This document shows positions 57,964-64,000 of a stretch of 64,000 bases of DNA, one piece after another; position 1 is the stretch's first letter; each line of letters begins with the position of its first letter. The notes under the pieces are model-generated. The model was not told the DNA's origin, did not search any database, and saw only the letters and a program-made list of their open reading frames with translations. A program made the position numbers and the translations under genes. The DNA comes from Chlamydiia bacterium (GTDB taxonomy: Bacteria; Chlamydiota; Chlamydiia; Chlamydiales; GCA-2402025), in the NCBI GenBank assembly GCA_030427725.1, contig JAUICV010000003.1, forward strand, positions 59,573 to 123,572, given 5' to 3'.

Positions 57964-60099
57964 ATGTCATTTAAAGATTCAGTAGGTCGTAAAACAGATA
58001 CCTCTCTTGATATTTCGGGGACAAAATTACCTGTGGAGCATGAAAAGGCTCACCAGGTGCCCGGTATTTCCGTTGAGCTGGAGAGCTCTAAAAAACTCGA
58101 TGGAAGAGTCACTGTTGGAGACCCAAAGCTAACTCCAGTTGTTTTTGATATAGAAGGACTTACGTCTGATGCTGTTGATGCGTATTTACTGTCAAATGCT
58201 AGCGAAAAACGTCGAGGTCCCGATTTAATTCTTAAAGGGGATGTCACTAGAAGAGATCGTATAAGTGGTGTTTATAAAATTGAAATTACTGAAGCTAAAG
58301 AAGCATTTAGATCAGAACTTCTTGGTAAACTCAAATCTGAGTGGGAAAAACTTTATTCCCCCGACAAGGTTGTACAACTTGAGAAGGCTTTTTTAACTCT
58401 TGCTCAACAAGTTGAGCAAGATGGGTTAGCAGCTGTTAGTAGCATCATCCCTACGAGCGACTTTGAACATTTTCTAGAAGCTTATACCGAATTGATGGAA
58501 GTACATGGAAACAAAACTTGGCTTCATTCTTATGTTGATTTGAGACGACATCCTGAATTTCTTATGAATTCTTCGCATAATGAAGGTTTTTTTCATCCAC
58601 TTCTTATTGCTCTTATTGCCTATGAAATGGGAGGTCCTATTCGATTGAATGACGCTCGCGCTAAAGATGCAGAACCTATGGTAGCTGTTACGTTAGACAA
58701 TATGCTTCATATTGATAATGTTCCCTTTACAAAAGAATTTAAGATTACTCAATTCTGGCAAAAAGGAGAAGCGAAAGGTCCTGATGGTCAATGTTTTGTA
58801 TGTTTGCCAGGGACTAATATGACTCCACGGGCTCCAGATGGGAAACTTGTAGATGGGAAACCGGTGCCATTTGAAAAATTGGAAGCTGATGAATCTGACA
58901 CCGAGGATCTTGTCTTATATACGACAGAAGCTGGGAGTGTTTTTAGAACTGAAGAAGAATTAACCGGCGCTCTGAATGCTCAAAAAGATGCCTTGGGGAT
59001 TGATAAGCCTTTAGTTTTAGGATTACGGGGCGAAGAAGTGTTTACAGCTGTTGCTGAGACTGGAAGTATGGTTCATCATCGATACAGAGTTCAAGGGGGG
59101 AATCCTCGTAGCTGTTTATTAATTGCATTTCATTTAATCGAGGATGATCCAGGAAGACTTATAGCTGCTCAAAAAATCCGAGAATCAGAGATAAAACTAA
59201 AACAAGAATCGGAAGTTGAAGTAAGTGCTCTCAATAAATTTATTTTGGGAGGATATCCAGAAGACAAAAGAGCGATAAATCAAGAATTTCTTGAGGTTTT
59301 TGATAAGAGTGTAGCAGCTAAAAGTGCTAGTCTTTTAGACAGCTTTTCTGGTCGAACTGTATCTGAGCATAAACCTACAGTGCGTTCACCTCAAAATTTA
59401 GCGTTTTCTGATGAAGAAGTAGAGGAGTGGAAAGCATCAGTCCTGCATGGGCCCGGGACGACAGCAATAAAGGATGAACAAAAAATCTTGTCGCTTGGTG
59501 AAACAATGACAAGAGATGAATTTATTAAGAAGACAAAATTGTTAATGGCTTATGATAAAGCTGGCGTGCTCGAGTTGCCATTATATTCAGATGGTAGAGA
59601 AGAAAAGAGAAAATGGGCAAGAAATCAAATTCGAGAACTTACTTTAGAAACTCCTGATATTGTAGCATCAGATGTTAGTCCCTTAAGTTTAGACGCTCGT
59701 TTAAAAGATTGGGAAAGTTACATTACTCAACCAAGAAAAGAGGATATCAAATCTAAAGCAGAGTTAGCAGCACATGCAAGAGAATTACAACAAATAGCTC
59801 AGAAATTGATGAATTCAAATGTATTTCCTACAGATGAATTAAATTCAAAAATAGATAAAAAAGATATCCTTCCATCTATTCATCAGCTAATTCACGATTT
59901 GGCTGTTGCTATTGAAAACACTTCAAACTCTGAATGTTTCGTATCAACTGGATTATTTATTTTTTGGGCTTGTGATACTTTGAAAAGAGTAATTCCGAGA
60001 TCAGAACTAGACCCAAAATTAGAGGAAATCGGGGCAGAGCTTTTGAAACACTACGTTTCTATGCTGGCAACTTTAGAAATACAAAAGCAGCATGCATAA
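57964..60099 (+). CDS. Hypothetical protein with a probable 2OG-Fe(II) dioxygenase (PhyH-like) core
   Basis: MLHID (HxD), CLPGT, MVHHR (distal His), PRSCLLIAF. Confidence 0.6.
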   Translation: MSFKDSVGRKTDTSLDISGTKLPVEHEKAHQVPGISVELESSKKLDGRVTVGDPKLTPVVFDIEGLTSDAVDAYLLSNASEKRRGPDLILKGDVTRRDRISGVYKIEITEAKEAFRSELLGKLKSEWEKLYSPDKVVQLEKAFLTLAQQVEQDGLAAVSSIIPTSDFEHFLEAYTELMEVHGNKTWLHSYVDLRRHPEFLMNSSHNEGFFHPLLIALIAYEMGGPIRLNDARAKDAEPMVAVTLDNMLHIDNVPFTKEFKITQFWQKGEAKGPDGQCFVCLPGTNMTPRAPDGKLVDGKPVPFEKLEADESDTEDLVLYTTEAGSVFRTEEELTGALNAQKDALGIDKPLVLGLRGEEVFTAVAETGSMVHHRYRVQGGNPRSCLLIAFHLIEDDPGRLIAAQKIRESEIKLKQESEVEVSALNKFILGGYPEDKRAINQEFLEVFDKSVAAKSASLLDSFSGRTVSEHKPTVRSPQNLAFSDEEVEEWKASVLHGPGTTAIKDEQKILSLGETMTRDEFIKKTKLLMAYDKAGVLELPLYSDGREEKRKWARNQIRELTLETPDIVASDVSPLSLDARLKDWESYITQPRKEDIKSKAELAAHARELQQIAQKLMNSNVFPTDELNSKIDKKDILPSIHQLIHDLAVAIENTSNSECFVSTGLFIFWACDTLKRVIPRSELDPKLEEIGAELLKHYVSMLATLEIQKQHA

Positions 60100-60159
60100 A
60101 ACAATCTCTAATTCTTGAGAGCTCTTGTATAGGAATATGAAGTACAAATACTGGTAGTT

Positions 60160-60816
60160 TTACCAAGGAAGTTCTCGTTCATCGAAAGCCAAAAACTTCC
60201 CACTAGTGTTTGCATCAAGGAATTTGATTTTTTCTAAGATTCCATTAACAGATGTTTCTGTAGAGATTTGTCCATCTGGGTTCATATCGGTTCTAACTGA
60301 TCCTGGATGTACAAGAAGAACGGAAATGTTTTTGTTTTTAAACTCAAGGCTCAAACATTTCCCAAACATATTCAGTGCAGATTTTGAGGCTCTATAGGCA
60401 TAAGATCTTGAAGTGGAAGCATCTCCTATAGACCCCATCCTTGAACTCATCATTAAAACTTTTGCGTGTTCATTTAATTGATCAGATAGAGTTTTAGTAA
60501 CAAAGAGTGGAGCTATCGAATTGACAAAGAAACTCTTTTCAATAGCTTCAATAGAGAGGGTCTCAAAAGTATCTCGTAAATAAATTCCAGCTACATTTAA
60601 AAGCAGGTCAATTTCTACCCCTTCTAATGCTTTTTTAAGCTTTTCAAAGCTCTCTTTTTTTGAAAAATCAATTCCTTCTATAATATGAACTCTTAAGCTT
60701 TTAAGTTCTGAAGAGGCTTCTCTACAGACAGCATAAATTGTGTGAGAATCTTTTAATTTTCTGATAAGACCAGGACCTAAGCCTCTCGAGGCCCCAGAAA
60801 TTACTGCAACTGGCAT
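60160..60816 (-). CDS. Short-chain dehydrogenase/reductase (CsgA/C-factor-like)
   Basis: SGASRGLG, NVAG, SSRMGS, YRASK, HPG.VRTDM. Confidence 0.92.
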   Translation of the reverse strand: MPVAVISGASRGLGPGLIRKLKDSHTIYAVCREASSELKSLRVHIIEGIDFSKKESFEKLKKALEGVEIDLLLNVAGIYLRDTFETLSIEAIEKSFFVNSIAPLFVTKTLSDQLNEHAKVLMMSSRMGSIGDASTSRSYAYRASKSALNMFGKCLSLEFKNKNISVLLVHPGSVRTDMNPDGQISTETSVNGILEKIKFLDANTSGKFLAFDERELPW

Positions 60817-60884
60817 AATTTACGGTGTACCTTTATATTCTTTTAGGAATTTGACTTTCTAACATAGTGGATGAGGAGATTTAA

Positions 60885-61224
60885 ATGAAGGTGTCAAACG
60901 ACCTTTTGCTTATTGTGTATGTGCCCACAGAGTTTGCAGAAAAAATAAGAAGTGCACTTGGAAAATCAGGAGCTGGTCAAATTGGAAACTACTCATTTTG
61001 TAGCTTTTCTACTAAAGGTGTGGGTCGGTTTTTAGCAGGGGAACATTCCAATCCAGCAATTGGAGAAAAAGGACAGCTTGAAACGATAGAGGAAGAGCGA
61101 ATTGAAGTTACTTTGCCAAGCAGTAAACTAAAAAAAATCATAGGGGCTGTAAAAAAAAGCCCACCCCTATGAAGAGGTCCCTCTTTTTGTCTCAAAATTA
61201 ATAGACTATAACGAGTTTTTCTGA
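60885..61224 (+). pseudogene. YqfO/NIF3 PII-like small protein frameshifted at an A8 run
   Basis: GAGQIGNYSFCSF, G.GRF...E.SNPAIG, EERIE. The hallmark AHPYEEVP lies in another frame after the A8 at 61151-61158. Confidence 0.75.
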
Positions 61225-62324
61225 CCGGAGTACTTTGATAAAACTCTGTATAGATAAGTAAGACAAGGGTACAAAGTTAGATTCTGCTTAGCAAAGAGTG
61301 TTGCTTCTTTTGAGATTGTTTTGCAGGTCGTAGGATTTTTTTTTGCTAGTTCTAAAATATTACTAAAGTCTGAAAAATCGGATGCAAAAGGGATGTAATG
61401 TTTAAAAGGAGTGAGAGCATCATAATACCACTGCTCATAATTGGATTGATGCTTAAGGCAAACACTATTAGATAGTAATATCCAGTTAAACCTCGAGTAA
61501 GCGCAGCAGTTCCCGTCTAAATCTAATAGGTACTTATATTTTAATTGGTCTTTAAGATCGGTGAATTTACTGAAAGCTCCAAGCTTTTTAAGAAGAACTC
61601 TAAGATCTTTGCTGTGATTCCCGATCGCTGTAGTGAACTTTGCGTCTAATAAGTCGGGATTTTTTAATGAAAAGAGAACAGCTTTTGATCTTGTGAAGTT
61701 CTTCCAATTATTAAGAGTGTAGTTGCCCCCAGTTGTTGCTCCTCGCCAAAAGGCAAGAGGACTTTTCTTGTCAAAAGCGATATCGTATGAATGAACAGCT
61801 TGGTGAAAGTCTACAAGCCCAGCTAAGCTTTCAGGATCAGGGATCAAGATAGCGTTTTTACAGTTTTTATCTTTCGAAAAACAAAGAGTTGGGAGAGGGG
61901 GTGTTTCATGAATTCCATCACCAAAAAAAACTAAAAGATCAATATCTGGAAGTGCTGTTATAGACAAGATTTTAGTTATAGCTCTTTTGAGGGCTTTGAT
62001 TCTATAGGGTTGCTCATAAAATGTTCTACACCCTCGAATCATAGGTAGATACACGCGGCCCCGTTTTATTTGTAAAATGCCAAATTCGTGTCTAGTTTTT
62101 AACGTCCTTAAAAACTTTTTTATTTCATGAGAGGATGGGAGGGAGCGTCTAAGGTTGGAAAAATCTTTTTTCAATCTTTTATCAACCCAAGAAGGAGTAT
62201 CGGTTTTAAAGTGATGAGACAGTTTTTTTTGCCAAAAGGTCTGGCTATAGTTTTTCTCTATAGGTGCGACAAGAAGTAGAAGAAAAGCAATGAGTTTAAA
62301 ACTAGTTTTTGATGAGTTGATCAT
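61206..62324 (-). CDS. Glycosyltransferase family 90 (CAP10/Rumi-like)
   Basis: N-terminal hydrophobic anchor, LPDIDL...GD, ILIPD, FWRGATTG, YKYLLDLDGN, SR, QWYY..L.PF.HYIP. Confidence 0.85.
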   Translation of the reverse strand: MINSSKTSFKLIAFLLLLVAPIEKNYSQTFWQKKLSHHFKTDTPSWVDKRLKKDFSNLRRSLPSSHEIKKFLRTLKTRHEFGILQIKRGRVYLPMIRGCRTFYEQPYRIKALKRAITKILSITALPDIDLLVFFGDGIHETPPLPTLCFSKDKNCKNAILIPDPESLAGLVDFHQAVHSYDIAFDKKSPLAFWRGATTGGNYTLNNWKNFTRSKAVLFSLKNPDLLDAKFTTAIGNHSKDLRVLLKKLGAFSKFTDLKDQLKYKYLLDLDGNCCAYSRFNWILLSNSVCLKHQSNYEQWYYDALTPFKHYIPFASDFSDFSNILELAKKNPTTCKTISKEATLFAKQNLTLYPCLTYLYRVLSKYSGQKNSL

Positions 62325-63570
62325 ATTTAACCTTTAGGAGTGTTGAGGTGGTGTAAATTGTGCCATTTTCGACTTTATTTTCATCTGAAAGCACTACTTG
62401 ATAGGGCTGCACAACAGTTTGGTATAACTCTTTGAGTTGACTGTAATCATAATAAGATGCCCAAAGTCTTCTTTTTTCAGACAAGCTGTTGTAAAAAGCA
62501 TAATTGCTATAAATCTCTTTCATAGCCTTTGAAGCTTCTTTGATATCTATGTTATATCGCTCTCCATGAACTTCATTTAAGGTTTCATAAAAAGCTGGTT
62601 CTTTGCTAGGACAAGATACTCTTAGAGCTAAACCACTATCACAAATTGTTGTTTGAGCGGTATTATCAGAGACTATTACCGGTAATCCGAGAGCCATGGC
62701 TTCACGGGGTTGAATTGAAAACCCTTCAGCCTTTGATAAAGAAACATAACAATCAAGCTTTGTAAATTCTTGTAAATACTCAGTCTTTGAAAAACACTTT
62801 GTTGTAACAGTTATGTTTTTAGCGCCAATTGCCTGGATTTCTTTTTGTAAAGCGTCGAAGGGTTTTTGACTGTAGCTTTTACAGTTAATATAGAGAGTGA
62901 CATCTTCACTGTTTTCAAAAGCATTATGAAAAGCTCTTACAAGATCTACATGATTTTTTCTTTCAATACAGGTGCTAAAGCACCCAAACACAAAAGGAGA
63001 GTTGGCTTTTTTCTTAATGGGCTTAGTTAAAAAATCTTTTAAATTTAACCCTAAAGGCACACAAAAAATAGGAATTGTTACTCCAGAGTTTTCGTAAACT
63101 GTTACGTAATACTTATCAGGAACAATAGCAGCATCGAAGTACGTGTTAAGATTGTCGACCCAAAATTTTGGGATTTTTGTTGATTCGAACATCGTATAAG
63201 CAAACTTAATCGAAGATTGAGAGGTATCTGAAAACTTCCTTTTTAAAAAATCTGAAGAGGTGTTGTAGAAACAATCTTCATAGATGACAACGTTTCCAAG
63301 TTTTCCAGGTGGTTTTTTTGCAATGTTCCTTACAGATCGAGGGACATCATCTAATAGAGAGTTTCTAGTTGGTACAAATCTAACCTTCACCTTATCTGAG
63401 AGAGCAGAGATAATTTCAGCAGATTGTCTACCAAGTCCATCGAACATCTCAATAAAACCAATAACGGTAAGATCTGGTTTGAAATACTTTTTGTTATAGA
63501 GTTTGTATCCCTTAATCATCCCAAATATCATGAAAAGACTTGATAGGATAAAAATAGCTTTTTTTTTCAT
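62302..63570 (-). CDS. Glycosyltransferase family 4
   Basis: N-terminal TM anchor, YTMFEST, RKN, SKAEGFSIQPREAMALGLPVI (EX7E). Confidence 0.88.
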   Translation of the reverse strand: MKKKAIFILSSLFMIFGMIKGYKLYNKKYFKPDLTVIGFIEMFDGLGRQSAEIISALSDKVKVRFVPTRNSLLDDVPRSVRNIAKKPPGKLGNVVIYEDCFYNTSSDFLKRKFSDTSQSSIKFAYTMFESTKIPKFWVDNLNTYFDAAIVPDKYYVTVYENSGVTIPIFCVPLGLNLKDFLTKPIKKKANSPFVFGCFSTCIERKNHVDLVRAFHNAFENSEDVTLYINCKSYSQKPFDALQKEIQAIGAKNITVTTKCFSKTEYLQEFTKLDCYVSLSKAEGFSIQPREAMALGLPVIVSDNTAQTTICDSGLALRVSCPSKEPAFYETLNEVHGERYNIDIKEASKAMKEIYSNYAFYNSLSEKRRLWASYYDYSQLKELYQTVVQPYQVVLSDENKVENGTIYTTSTLLKVKYDQLIKN

Positions 63571-63706
63571 CAGTAATCTTTAATTTTTCAGTGAGACAAC
63601 GTATCAAAATTTAAGATCATTGTTCAAGAGAATTCAAAATTAAAAATCTATAAAAAAACAAGAAGTTCGGTTAAAGAGATTATTTGATTTTAAAGTCAAG
63701 GGTAGT

Positions 63707-64000
63707 CTTGTAAGATCGTTATTTTTTATAGCTATATTGTGTTTTAGTTCTATCAGTTCTGCTGAGAGAGTGCTTATTCCAAATCAGAACAGATCAAACT
63801 CTGTTAATCAAATTTTCACCAATGATAATCGTGAAGAGCCAACTAACTTGGATCTAAGGAATGCAACATGTATTGTAGTAGATGCAAAACGAAAAAGATA
63901 TTACGTATCTTATTTCGTGAGAAGAGGAGACGGTTTTGTAGCAGAAATTTCTGCAGAAGACAATCAGTTGGTAAGAAAAATAAAATTACCAGGTAGTGGA
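63707..64000 (+). CDS. Partial secreted YncE/YVTN-like beta-propeller protein; runs off the window, start uncertain
   Basis: Open frame LVRSLFFIAILCFSSISSAERVLIPN...IVVDAKRKRYYVSY...VAEISAEDNQLVRKIKLPGSG; no ATG, GTG or TTG in frame before the signal-like segment. Confidence 0.5.

Noticed and set aside
1-64000. CRISPR array, rRNA, IS elements, toxin-antitoxin or other defence loci
   Set aside because: No regularly spaced direct repeats, rRNA-like sequence, transposase or known defence motifs were seen by eye.

Overview
A 64-kb, AT-rich, gene-dense chromosomal segment of an environmental member of Chlamydiae (phylum Chlamydiota). The assignment rests on two chlamydial gene orders: rpsA-nusA-infB-rbfA-truB-ribF-ychF-cdsU(sctU)-cdsV(sctV), and rpe..efp-accB-accC. 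The left half is mostly housekeeping: T3SS export gate, translation factors, ACC subunits, four tRNAs (Asp, Val, Thr, Tyr), ddpX, surE, putP, ttcA and a TolC-EmrA-EmrB pump. The right half is accessory and looks host-interaction oriented. The strongest candidate for an undescribed system is a translationally coupled pair at 32796-38395. Both proteins share a His...Asn-Cys permuted papain-like domain followed by a hydrophobic segment, and the larger one fuses it to an MGDG-synthase-like GT28 domain, suggesting a glycolipid synthesis/acyl-remodelling module. Other notable items: a circularly permuted EEP phosphoesterase; a signal-peptide-bearing fusion of a degenerate NagB and a PIG-L deacetylase; a signal-peptide-bearing HPRT; a tdk + Pht-type MFS operon; two divergent secreted paralogs; an orphan cysC beside a HIT/GalT-like protein and a 2OG-Fe(II)-like protein; a GT90/GT4 pair; several Inc-like proteins; and two genes broken by single-base lesions. 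No transposase, integrase, prophage, rRNA or CRISPR array was seen. All calls come from reading motifs by eye, with no database searches.
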